DNA from: an uncultured Verrucomicrobiae bacterium
GTDB lineage: Bacteria; Verrucomicrobiota; Verrucomicrobiia; Limisphaerales; J093
Reading direction: 5' to 3'
Assembly: GCA_937946835.1 (NCBI GenBank)
Contig: CALFAV010000020.1
Location: forward strand, 907-64,906
Length of the DNA stretch: 64,000 nt
In this document: piece after piece, positions 1 through 11,328 of the stretch
How positions within the stretch are numbered: the first letter of the stretch is position 1
Layout: each line of letters begins with the position of its first letter
The notes under the pieces: model-generated
Told to the model about the DNA's origin: nothing
The model's input: only the letters and a program-made list of their open reading frames with translations
Database searches by the model: none
Translations under genes and position numbers: made by a program

Positions 1-195
1 GAACTCATCCTCGGTCAGGCCGGCCTCCCGTTAAATGGCGCGGAACGTCCCCGTCGGGATGTCGCCGGGATCGAGGGCGACATAGGTTTGGCGACCATCG
101 GAATGCCGGAGGATGACATACGAGCCCGACTGGCGTTTGACGACAAACCCGGCGCGTTGAAGGCGGGCCAGGACCTCACGCGCTTTGAAGGGCAT
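1..195 (-). pseudogene. hicA: HicA-family toxin, inactivated (in-frame TAA at 33-31; homology continues past the window edge)
   Basis: ATG at 195-193 reads [64 protein letters not shown]. This is the HicA pattern, overlapping the 3' end of a HicB-like gene. Confidence 0.8.
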
Positions 196-424
196 GATCG
201 GGTACTTCCAAGGTGGTGAGGAGCGCTTCAGTCAGAGGCGGCACGGGCTCGCCGTTGGCTCGCTTTTCCTCCAACCACAGCCGGACCAGGTCCAGGACGG
301 CCGCACGGGCGCCCTCAATGCCCGGTCCGTGGGTGGTCAACCCCAGGCTGGGCACATGCGCGTAGTAGTAGCCTGCCGGGAAATCCGGGTCTTGGACCGG
401 GTCGAACATGACACCCACTTTCAT
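176..424 (-). CDS. hicB: HicB-family antitoxin (short, no DNA-binding domain)
   Basis: 82 aa with [36 protein letters not shown]...GEPVP, the typical HicB N-terminal domain. Confidence 0.85.
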   Translation of the reverse strand: MKVGVMFDPVQDPDFPAGYYYAHVPSLGLTTHGPGIEGARAAVLDLVRLWLEEKRANGEPVPPLTEALLTTLEVPDHALQSA

Positions 425-444
425 GGGTCAAGGCTATTCCGGTT

Positions 445-1614
445 TCACGCCGTCGCCAAGTTCGCTTCCACCACCCCGGCGCGGGTGGGCAGGCCGGGCG
501 GGCCGGGGGGCACGTCGCCTTCCCAGACGCGAAGCGGCTCGTAAAAGCTGTTGCGCTGGACCGGCACGCGGCCGGTTTCGCGGATGGCGCGGATCATGGC
601 CGCCTCGGTTTGAAGCTGGCCCGCGGGCGCGCCGGCCATGCGGAAGATGTGTTCCTCGACGATGGTGCCGTGCAGGTCGTCCGCGCCGAAGCTCAGCGCC
701 ACCTGCGCCAGCTTCAGCCCCAGCCCCACCCAGTACGCGGTGAGGTGGTCGAAGTTGTCGAGGTAGAGCCGGCTCACGGCGAGGGTGCGCAGGGTGTCGA
801 AGCCGGTGGGCGGATGCTGCACGGGCAGGGCGTTGTTCTCCGGCTGGTAGGGCAGGGGAATGAACGCGCTGAAGCCGCGGGTTTCGTCCTGGAGTTCGCG
901 CAGGCGTCGCAGATGGTCCACGCGGTCGGCCGGGGACTCGACGTGGCCGTAGAGCATGGTGCAGGTGCTGCGGCCGCCGAGTTGATGCCAGGTGCGGTGC
1001 ACCTCCAGCCATTCCTCGGCGCTTTCCTTGCCCCGGGCGATCTGCGCGCGCACCGCCGGGGCAAAGATCTCCGCACCGCCGCCGGTGAGCGAGTCCAGGC
1101 CGGCCTCGCGCAGGGCGATCAGCGTGTCGCGCACCGTTTTGCGGGCCAGCCAGGCCAGGTGGAGGACTTCGATGGCGGTGAAGCACTTCAGGTGCAGGTG
1201 CGGGCCGACCTCGCGCAGGGCGCGGAGCATTTCGAGGTAGTACTCGAAGGGCAGGGACGGGTGCAGGCCGCCGACGATGTGCAGTTCGGTGATGCCCAGT
1301 TTCAGGGCTTCGCGGGCCTTTTCGACAATCTCAGCCACGCTCAGCTCGAAGCCGTCGGCGTCGCGCTTTTTGCGGGCAAAGGCGCAGAACTGGCAGCTCA
1401 GGATGCAGTAGTTGGAGTAGTTGATGTAGCGGTTGAGGATGTAGGTGACGCGCCGCCCGTTGCGACGCTGGTTGGCGAAATCGGCCAGCGCCCCCAGCGC
1501 GTTCAGGTCGCGGCACGCGAACAGCCGCAGGGCGTCGGCCTCGGAAAGGCGTTGGCCGGCGGCCACCTTGTCATGCAGATCGCGCAGCGGGCTGTGGGTG
1601 ACGAAGAAATTCAT
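445..1614 (-). CDS. mqnE: aminofutalosine synthase, radical SAM (CofH/MqnE family)
   Basis: INYSNYCILSCQFCAF CX3CX2C motif, GGGAEIF, TMLYGHVE, SRLYLDNFDHLTAYW. Start placed at MNFFV (ATG 1614). Confidence 0.85.
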   Translation of the reverse strand: MNFFVTHSPLRDLHDKVAAGQRLSEADALRLFACRDLNALGALADFANQRRNGRRVTYILNRYINYSNYCILSCQFCAFARKKRDADGFELSVAEIVEKAREALKLGITELHIVGGLHPSLPFEYYLEMLRALREVGPHLHLKCFTAIEVLHLAWLARKTVRDTLIALREAGLDSLTGGGAEIFAPAVRAQIARGKESAEEWLEVHRTWHQLGGRSTCTMLYGHVESPADRVDHLRRLRELQDETRGFSAFIPLPYQPENNALPVQHPPTGFDTLRTLAVSRLYLDNFDHLTAYWVGLGLKLAQVALSFGADDLHGTIVEEHIFRMAGAPAGQLQTEAAMIRAIRETGRVPVQRNSFYEPLRVWEGDVPPGPPGLPTRAGVVEANLATA

Positions 1615-1907
1615 CCCGACGCCAGTTAAGCAGCCAACGCTCGGAAAGGCAAACGCACCGGCGGCGGCGTCGGGCGGCGACCGGTTGATCAGTCGCTTCC
1701 GACCGGAGGCTCCGACCAGTCCCGGTGAAAACCCGGGCGGCGGGGTGAACACCGCGGAGAGCGTGGGCGGTGCGCAGCCTGCGGCCGCCGGTCGGCGGAC
1801 CCTGGCGGCAGCCATCGCTTCGGCACCCGGTGGGTCCGGTCCAAATCAACCTTTTCCCCCGGGATTGACGCCGGTACACTGGCGCTTCCTTTGGACCGTT
1901 TATCGCC

Positions 1908-3977
1908 ATGGCTGAAGACAAAAGTCCGGTCAAACCCCTCGAAGCGCCGCCGCTGGCGCCGTTGAAACTGAAGCCCCGTCTGGCCCGCACCCCCCGGCAG
2001 GCCCCGCGCTACGCGGTGACGGTGAAGAACCTGGCCGGGGAGGAGGTCGTGGTGGCCGACCCTCGCGCCACCCGGGCGCTGGTGGCGCTGATGAACGTGC
2101 ACGCGGTCAACGGCGGGGCGGCCTGCCATTGGGGCGGCCCGGCGGCCCTGGCCGAGATCAACGCCGCCATCCACGCCCAGATGTTCGCCGTGCAGGGACG
2201 CGAATGGTACGAGGCGTTCAACTACGTCAACGACGCCGGGCACACCGAGAATGGCGTCTATGCCCTGCGGGCGCTCTACGGCTTTGACGGCCTGACCTTC
2301 GAGGACCTCAAGGGCTTCCGCAGTCTCACCAGCAAGCTGACCGGGCATGGCGAGTCGCATCTCAACCCCGAGGGCGTGCTCTTGAGCAACGGCCCGCTCG
2401 GCTCGGCGCTGCCGCAGGCCCAGGGTCTGGCCCTGGCCGACAAGCTTGCCGGCAACGACCGCGTCACCCTGACGGTCATGTCCGACGGCGCGGCGATGGA
2501 GGGCGAGGCCAAGGAGGCGTTTGCCGCCATTCCCGGCCTGGCCGGCAAGGGGCGCCTGAACCCGTTCGTGCTGGTGATCTCCGACAACGACACCAAGCTC
2601 TCGGGCCGCATCTCCCAGGACGCCTACAGCCTGGCGCCCACCTTCAAGGCCCTGGCCACGCTCGGCTGGCAGGTGATCTCGGTGCCCAACGGCCACGACC
2701 TGCAGGCCGTGTACCAGGCGATCGAAAAGGCCGTGGCCGGCGCGCGCGCCAAACCCACCCAGCCGGTGTGCGTGCTGTGCAAAACCATCAAGGGCTACGG
2801 CGTCAGGGCCACCGAGCAGAGCGCCTCCGGCGGCCACGGCTTCCCGCTCAGCAGCGGCGAGAAGATCGTGGAGTTTGTGCGCGAGATTTACGGCGGTGAA
2901 GCACCGCCCGAAGAACTGGCCCGTTGGGCCGGGGAACTGCGCGCCGACTGGGAGGCCCGCGAGGCCGCCAAAAAGGCCAAAGCCGCCGCGGCCACGCCCG
3001 CCCCGGCCGCGCCGAAAAAAGACAAGGTCCAGAGCGGCCTGGCGCGCGGAGCCATTCGGGCCGCCCAGGCGGGGTACCCCGTGTTTTCCGTGTCGTCGGA
3101 TGTGCAGGGTTCCACCGGCATCAGCGCCTTCCAAAAGAGTTTTCCCGACCGCTGGATCGAGGTGGGCGTGGCCGAGGCCAACATGATCAGCACCGGCGCG
3201 GGCCTGTCCAAGCTGGGGTTCATCCCCATCGTGGACACCTTTGCCCAGTTCGGCGTCACCAAGGGCAATCTGCCGCTGACCATGGCCGCGCTATCCCAGG
3301 CGCCGGTGATCGCCATCTTCTCCCACTGCGGGCTGCAGGACGCCGCCGACGGCGCCTCGCACCAAGCCACGACCTACCTGGCCGCGGTCAGCGCCATTCC
3401 CCACACCGTGGTGGTGGTGCCTTCCTGCGCCGAGGAGGCCGAGGCGTTCATGTTCGAGGCCGTCAAGCGGCTGGCGGAGGCGCGCAAAAACGGGGAGGAC
3501 GGCGAGAGTGTGGTGTTTTTCGTCGGACGCGAGAACTACCCCGTGAGCCTGCAGCCCGGGGCGAAATACCTCTGGGGCAAACCCCAGTTGCTGGCCGAGG
3601 GCACGGACGTGGTGCTGGTGGGCTGCGGGCCGCTGGTGGGCAAGGTCCTCGAGGCCGGCCAGGCACTGGCCGCCCAGGGCATCCGGGCCACGGTCTTCAA
3701 CCACCCGTTCGTGAACCGGCCGGACATGGACGCCTTGGCCACCGCGGTCCGGGACTGCGGCGGGCGGCTGGTGACCCTCGAGGATCACCAGATCACCGCG
3801 GGCATGGGCGCGCAGCTTTCCCACGCGCTCTCCCGCGCCGGAGTGGCCCACCGGGTGATTTCGCTCGGCATCAACGGCGTGTTCGGGCAGTCGGCCTACC
3901 TGGCCGAGCACTTGTACGAAAAACACGGCCTCACCACGATGAAGGTCATCGAGGCGGCCAAACGGTTGTTGAGCTGA
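1908..3977 (+). CDS. transketolase (single-chain, TPP-dependent)
   Basis: ACHWGG, GHGE, GPLGS, SDGAAMEG...DN TPP-binding motif, EVGVAEANM, DGASHQ, TLEDHQ. Confidence 0.85.
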   Translation: MAEDKSPVKPLEAPPLAPLKLKPRLARTPRQAPRYAVTVKNLAGEEVVVADPRATRALVALMNVHAVNGGAACHWGGPAALAEINAAIHAQMFAVQGREWYEAFNYVNDAGHTENGVYALRALYGFDGLTFEDLKGFRSLTSKLTGHGESHLNPEGVLLSNGPLGSALPQAQGLALADKLAGNDRVTLTVMSDGAAMEGEAKEAFAAIPGLAGKGRLNPFVLVISDNDTKLSGRISQDAYSLAPTFKALATLGWQVISVPNGHDLQAVYQAIEKAVAGARAKPTQPVCVLCKTIKGYGVRATEQSASGGHGFPLSSGEKIVEFVREIYGGEAPPEELARWAGELRADWEAREAAKKAKAAAATPAPAAPKKDKVQSGLARGAIRAAQAGYPVFSVSSDVQGSTGISAFQKSFPDRWIEVGVAEANMISTGAGLSKLGFIPIVDTFAQFGVTKGNLPLTMAALSQAPVIAIFSHCGLQDAADGASHQATTYLAAVSAIPHTVVVVPSCAEEAEAFMFEAVKRLAEARKNGEDGESVVFFVGRENYPVSLQPGAKYLWGKPQLLAEGTDVVLVGCGPLVGKVLEAGQALAAQGIRATVFNHPFVNRPDMDALATAVRDCGGRLVTLEDHQITAGMGAQLSHALSRAGVAHRVISLGINGVFGQSAYLAEHLYEKHGLTTMKVIEAAKRLLS

Positions 3978-4077
3978 ACCCGGCGCCGCCAACCACCCGC
4001 GGGTTGTCCGCCGCGCGGCCCAAGAAAGCGGCCCGGGGCACAGTGCCGAGACCGGGAAGGCCGCGGCGGCGGGCGGC

Positions 4078-4362
4078 TCAGGTTTTGCGCTGCCGGACCT
4101 CTTCCTTCTTGCGCTCGAGCTCTTCCTGGAGTCGCCGCCGTTCGGCCTGCAGCTCCTGGCGGGCCTTCTCCGCCGCCTCGAAGTCGCCCTGCACCTCGGC
4201 CCGGGCGATGGCTTCCCGGGCGGTGATCTCTCGCTCGGCCAGGCGGGCCTTGTAGCGCGATTCCAGCTCGGCGATTTCCTGTTTTTGCTCGGCACTGAGG
4301 GTCACCACCGGACCCTGTTGTTTGGCCAGGCGTTCCATGGCCAGTTCGTAGGCGGTTTTCAT
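4078..4362 (-). CDS. hypothetical coiled-coil protein
   Basis: 94 aa, starts MKTAYELAMERL, charged helical composition, 15 bp downstream of the TPR gene. Confidence 0.75.
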   Translation of the reverse strand: MKTAYELAMERLAKQQGPVVTLSAEQKQEIAELESRYKARLAEREITAREAIARAEVQGDFEAAEKARQELQAERRRLQEELERKKEEVRQRKT

Positions 4363-4377
4363 AGCGATGGGGATGAA

Positions 4378-4845
4378 TCAGGTTGCGCCAGGGCCGGCCG
4401 GGCCGGCGGCCGGCGCTTTTTTCTTCCACGGCATGTCGGGAAAGTGCTCGGGGACGGGTGGGGCGGGTCGGGCCGCGGGAGGCGAATCCCCTTCTTCAGT
4501 CGGGGGGCTGGCCGCGGCCTGTTGAATTTGAGCGCGCCACGAGGCCATCCGCGCCCGCGCCCCGTGATGCTCGGCCCGGGCCTTGTCGCCGGCCTTCAGG
4601 TAAAACAGCGACAGGTTGGTGTGCACGCGGGGTTCCGCCGGCTGCAACTGCTCGGCCCTGTGTCCCTCGGCAATGGCCCGCGCGGCGTCGCCCAGTCGGT
4701 AGTAGGTAAGGCCCAGGGCCAGCCGCGCCTCGAAGTGGTCGGGCTGGCGCGCCAGCAACGCTTCCAGCCGCTCCGCGGCGAGCGCGAAGTCCCCGCGGCT
4801 GAAGGCGGCGATGGCCTCGTCGAATTGGTCTTGCGCGGTTGCCAT
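4378..4845 (-). CDS. tetratricopeptide repeat protein
   Basis: MATAQDQFDEAIAAFSRGDF...ARLALGLTYYRLGD...VHTNLSLFYLKAGD TPR pattern, ATG at 4845. Confidence 0.75.
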   Translation of the reverse strand: MATAQDQFDEAIAAFSRGDFALAAERLEALLARQPDHFEARLALGLTYYRLGDAARAIAEGHRAEQLQPAEPRVHTNLSLFYLKAGDKARAEHHGARARMASWRAQIQQAAASPPTEEGDSPPAARPAPPVPEHFPDMPWKKKAPAAGPAGPGAT

Positions 4846-5111
4846 GACGCGAATGCCGGAGGTTACCGTCCCCGGGGGAGGGCGCAAGTCGGGTCGGCAC
4901 CGCGCCGGCCCGACGCCGCCTCCGGAGGCCGCGCACTCGCGCGGGCAAGCGGGATGTATCCCGGCCCGTGCGGCCCGTGATTTTGACCTGTTCGACCCGG
5001 CGCCGCCGGCGCAAGCTCTCGGGCCGTTGCCGCGGGGGCCCGGACCGCAGATCGGAAATCTGCCGCCGCCGGAATGCCCCCGGGAAAACACGGCTTTTGG
5101 AGATTGCTGGG

Positions 5112-5900
5112 ATGCGACCTGTCCACCCGCCCGCGCCGGGACCACTGCTGATTGCCACCGACTTCGACGGCACGTTGTTTGCCGAGTTCGAGGACCCGCC
5201 CGTGCCGCCGGCCTTCGAGGAGACGCTCGCCGCGTTGCAGGCCCGCGGCGCCCGCTGGGTTATCAACACCGGCCGCGACCTGCCGGGGTTGCTCGAGGCG
5301 CTGGCCCGCGCCCGGCTCCGGGTGCAGCCGGATTACCTGGTGCTGGTGGAGCGGGAGTTGTACCGGCACGACGGGGTCCGCTACGTCCCGCTCGAGGACT
5401 GGAACCGGCGCTGCGCGGAGACGCACGCCGCGTTGTTTGCCCGCGTGCAGCCGGACGTGCCGCGGTTGACCGCGTGGGTGAACGCGCGCTTCTCGGCGAT
5501 GGTGTACGCGGATGCCTGGTCGCCGTTTTGCCTGGTGGCGGGCCGGGCCGAGGATGCCGAGGCCATTTGCCGCCACCTCGAGGCCTATTGCCGGGAAGTG
5601 CCCGGATTGACGGTGGTGCGCAACGACGTCTATGCCCGGTTCAGTCATGTGGACTTCAGCAAGGGCACCGCGCTGGCCGAACTGACCCGGCGCGCCGGGC
5701 TTACCGCCGAGTCGGTGTTCGCGGCGGGAGATCACCTGAATGACCTGCCGATGTTGCGCCGCACGGTCGCCCGCTGGCTGGTATGCCCGGCCAACGCCGT
5801 GCCGGAGGTGCAGGAGCAGGTGCGCCGCGAGGGCGGGGAGGTCAGCCAACTGCGGCATGGACACGCCGTGGTGGCGGCGTTGCGGCGGTTTCTGGAGTAA
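5112..5900 (+). CDS. HAD-superfamily hydrolase, subfamily IIB
   Basis: Motif I TDFDGT, motif II INTGR, SKG, motif IV AGDHLND. Confidence 0.85.
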   Translation: MRPVHPPAPGPLLIATDFDGTLFAEFEDPPVPPAFEETLAALQARGARWVINTGRDLPGLLEALARARLRVQPDYLVLVERELYRHDGVRYVPLEDWNRRCAETHAALFARVQPDVPRLTAWVNARFSAMVYADAWSPFCLVAGRAEDAEAICRHLEAYCREVPGLTVVRNDVYARFSHVDFSKGTALAELTRRAGLTAESVFAAGDHLNDLPMLRRTVARWLVCPANAVPEVQEQVRREGGEVSQLRHGHAVVAALRRFLE

Positions 5901-5912
5901 CCCCCGGCGTGC

Positions 5913-6857
5913 TCAACGCGGCCTCGGGGCTTCGCCCTCGGTGGCCACGCGCTGCGTCAGCGCTTCCAGGAACTCCCGCGCCCGCCGCGCCTCGGCCACG
6001 AGCTGATGCCGCTCGCCGCGGGCCACGGTTTCGACCAGGATCGGGCCGCGCGTGAAGCCGCCCTGCCGCAACCGCGCCAGCACGGCCGGGAAATTCACCT
6101 GCCCCGTGCCGGGCGTCACCATCACGTCCTTGGGCGGCCGGAAGTCCTTGGCGCTCATCCCCACCACCAGGCCGTCCACGGTGGCGGCGTCGGCCACGGG
6201 ATCGCGCGCGCCGTCGGAGTAGTAGAAGATGTTGCCGGGGTCGTACCAGAGCCGGAAGTTCGGATGGTTCACCCGCTCGATGACGGCGCGGCACTCGGGG
6301 CCGGTGGCAATGAAACCGCCATGCGGTTTGATGGTCAGGCGCACGCCGCGCGCGGCGGCGAAGTCGCACACCTCGCGAAGGGCATCGTAATAGGGCGCCT
6401 GCAGCGCCGCCTCGCCCGTGCCGCCCAGCAGCAGGTCGGGCGAACCACAGGCGGTGCAATGCTCGACCAGCCGCTGCAGGGCCCGCACGTTGTCCGCGAC
6501 CGCGGGCTTGACCGCGTAATCGCCGTACACCGACAGGCAGTCCAGTTTCCGCTCCCGGATTTCCGCCCCCACCCGCGCCGCTTCTTCGGGCGAGGTATCC
6601 GCGGTGATGACAACCCAGGATTTACCCTTGGCGGTCATGATGCCGCAGTGGCGAAAGCCCGCCGCGGCGATCGCGTCCAGGGCGGTCGGCAGGTCGTATT
6701 GGTCGAACGGGCGGGTGTAGCAGCCGATCACCCAGCCCGCGTTCGGGGCCGGGGCGGCGCGCAGGTGCTCGGCCAGGCCGATGGCAGCCAGGCCCAGTTG
6801 GGTCAGCCGGCGGCCAAAACGGCGGCGCGACAGCGGTTCATGCCAGGGAGTGCTCAC
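5913..6857 (-). CDS. Tat-exported sugar-phosphate isomerase/epimerase (AP endonuclease-2 TIM barrel)
   Basis: SRRRF Tat motif, IKPHGG, WYDPGN, PGTGQVNF, ILVET. GTG start at 6857 inferred. Confidence 0.75.
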   Translation of the reverse strand: MSTPWHEPLSRRRFGRRLTQLGLAAIGLAEHLRAAPAPNAGWVIGCYTRPFDQYDLPTALDAIAAAGFRHCGIMTAKGKSWVVITADTSPEEAARVGAEIRERKLDCLSVYGDYAVKPAVADNVRALQRLVEHCTACGSPDLLLGGTGEAALQAPYYDALREVCDFAAARGVRLTIKPHGGFIATGPECRAVIERVNHPNFRLWYDPGNIFYYSDGARDPVADAATVDGLVVGMSAKDFRPPKDVMVTPGTGQVNFPAVLARLRQGGFTRGPILVETVARGERHQLVAEARRAREFLEALTQRVATEGEAPRPR

Positions 6858-7014
6858 CGGGGCACCTTGGCAAAAACCGGCGGCGCCAGCCACCACGGAA
6901 ATGCCGTGAGACCAGCCGCGGATTCCCGGCCGACCTCCCGCGGCTGGAACACACCTGCCCGGGCTGGCGGCCAAGGCCGGAGGGAACTTGAGAAACCGGC
7001 GCGGGGGAGGCGGT

Positions 7015-9348
<2,334 letters not shown>

Positions 9349-9386
9349 CAGGTCCGGCCCGGGAGAACAGCCGCCGGGAAGCGGGC

Positions 9387-11081
9387 TTACAGCGGCCGCA
9401 GGCGCGGCCATTCCAGCTCGAAGCCCTGGTTGCGCAGCGCCTGCTGGAACTCGGCCAGGAGCTTGGGCGTGTTGCGGACCTGGCGCGGCACGACCTTGCG
9501 CGCCCGGCAGAATGCCGCCAGCGCACCGGCGGCTTCGCCGATGTTCCACTCGACCGGGTGCAGCCGATAGGCGCCGTTGGTGATGTGGGTGGTGCCGATG
9601 TTTTTGGCCGCGGCGAGCAGGTTTTCCACGCGGCGCGGGATCAACGCGCCGAGCGGGATTTGGAAGGGCAGGCAGCTCAGGTCGAGGTAGTTTTTGCCGC
9701 CGGTGGTGGGGTGCAGGTCAATGCGGTAGGCGCCCACGCCCACGCTGTCCGGGAACGGTTCGGCCGAGACCTCCTCGCGGGTCTTGCCGGTGGTGGCCAT
9801 GCGGGCTTCGGTGCCGATGTGCTGCTCGGTGACGGTGAACTCGGCGCGGAGCCGGCGCGCCTCGCGGATGTAGGGGGCCTTGGCCAGGCCGTCGGTGGTG
9901 CCCACCACGTCGGCCCGCAGACGCAGGCCTTTCCAGCCGGTGCCGCCATCCGGCCGGGGTGCCTCGGTCTGCATCCAGTACAGCAGCGCGAGGCTGAGCT
10001 GTTTGGCCCGGGCGAGGTGCCGGGCGGCTTCCGCCGCGGGCACGTCCACCAGCGGGCCGAGCCAGTAGTCGTTCTGCGGCCAGTTGATCAGGGAGATGTC
10101 GCTGCGATAGGTACCGGGGGCGAATTGGGCCGCGGCGGCGATGCGCCGGTAGGTCCAGAGGTTCGGGCCGCTGACCTTGAGGGTGGGGTCGAACGCCACT
10201 TCGCGCGGCTGGAGCGTGATCGGGTGGGTGGTTTTCCAGCTTAACAGCGGACCCGGCCAGGGCGGGGTCAGTTGCGGCACGAAGCTTCGCCAGAAATCGT
10301 ACTCGGCCGGGCGCTCGAGGGTGTGGTTCTCGCCCTCGAGGTAATCCACCGCGAAGCAGCAGGTGAAGGCCTGCTGGTTGGCCGGCTCCGGCTCGGGGGG
10401 CGCATGTGGTTCGCCGGTGTCGCGCTGCGCCTCCGCGCCGGTCACGTACTCGGTGCCGGTCAGGGGCAGCAGGTCGCCCAACTCGGTGGCGTCCACGAAC
10501 AGCGGCGCGGTGAGCGTGCGGCGCGTGCCGGTGCGGCGGTCTTCCACCTGGACGGCCCGGAGGTGGTCGCCGTCGGTTTCCGCAGCCACGGGCACGTGTT
10601 CCCGCAGGACCGCGAGCCGGCCGCCGCTCAGATGCGGGGCGAGCATTTGGTCCAACACGGCCAGGGCCACGCGCGGCTCGTGGCAGAGGCGGGAGACCCA
10701 GCCGTTGCCGGGGTTGAGGTGGCGTTGGGCGCGGGCCTCGGGGGTGAGCGGGTAACGTTCCCGGTAAAAGGCGCGCACCCCGTCGCGGAATTCCCGGTAG
10801 CTGCGCGTGCAGCCGAAGCTTTCGATCCAGGGATGCTCATCCGGGGGTACGGCCTGGGAGGTCAACTGCCCGCCGATCCAGTCGGTGGCTTCGGTCATCA
10901 CCACCCGCAGCCCGGCGCGGCAGGCGGCCAGGGCAGCGGCGCACCCGCCCGTGCCGCCGCCGATGATCACGAGGTCCGCCGACCACTCCCGGCCGGCCGC
11001 CGCCGTGGCGCGAGCTTGAAACCACCACGGGCCGCCGAGGGCGCCGGCGGTGAGCGTGTGGAAAAAGGAGCGTCGGTTCAT
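9387..11081 (-). CDS. Tat-exported FAD-dependent oxidoreductase
   Basis: MNRRSFF Tat signal, IIGGGTGG Rossmann motif, IGGQLTS, DATELGD, PYIREARR, RLHPVEWNIGEAAG. Confidence 0.85.
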   Translation of the reverse strand: MNRRSFFHTLTAGALGGPWWFQARATAAAGREWSADLVIIGGGTGGCAAALAACRAGLRVVMTEATDWIGGQLTSQAVPPDEHPWIESFGCTRSYREFRDGVRAFYRERYPLTPEARAQRHLNPGNGWVSRLCHEPRVALAVLDQMLAPHLSGGRLAVLREHVPVAAETDGDHLRAVQVEDRRTGTRRTLTAPLFVDATELGDLLPLTGTEYVTGAEAQRDTGEPHAPPEPEPANQQAFTCCFAVDYLEGENHTLERPAEYDFWRSFVPQLTPPWPGPLLSWKTTHPITLQPREVAFDPTLKVSGPNLWTYRRIAAAAQFAPGTYRSDISLINWPQNDYWLGPLVDVPAAEAARHLARAKQLSLALLYWMQTEAPRPDGGTGWKGLRLRADVVGTTDGLAKAPYIREARRLRAEFTVTEQHIGTEARMATTGKTREEVSAEPFPDSVGVGAYRIDLHPTTGGKNYLDLSCLPFQIPLGALIPRRVENLLAAAKNIGTTHITNGAYRLHPVEWNIGEAAGALAAFCRARKVVPRQVRNTPKLLAEFQQALRNQGFELEWPRLRPL

Positions 11082-11328
11082 GGTCGCAGCGCCCGCCAGT
11101 GTGGCACCGCTGTGGGCCAGCGTCCACCGTCGGCTGAAACCGACCGCCCCGGACGGCCAGCTAGCGGGGTGGCTTGCGCCCTTGGGAAGGGCGGCGGGAG
11201 TGGTGGGTGAGGCTTGGCGCTGGGGGGCGCAGTTACGGTCTCGGTTCGCCTCTTGGGTCTGCGGGCTTGCCTGGCTTGGAAGATCACCTATGTTGCCTTC
11301 ACCGCGAAGGATGACGCGCGGATGTGTC

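Noticed and set aside
2478-2504. Transketolase TPP motif SDG instead of GDG; also nnr GKGHNGDD instead of GxGNNGGD
   Set aside because: Single tolerated-looking substitutions with the other catalytic motifs intact, most likely lineage variants.
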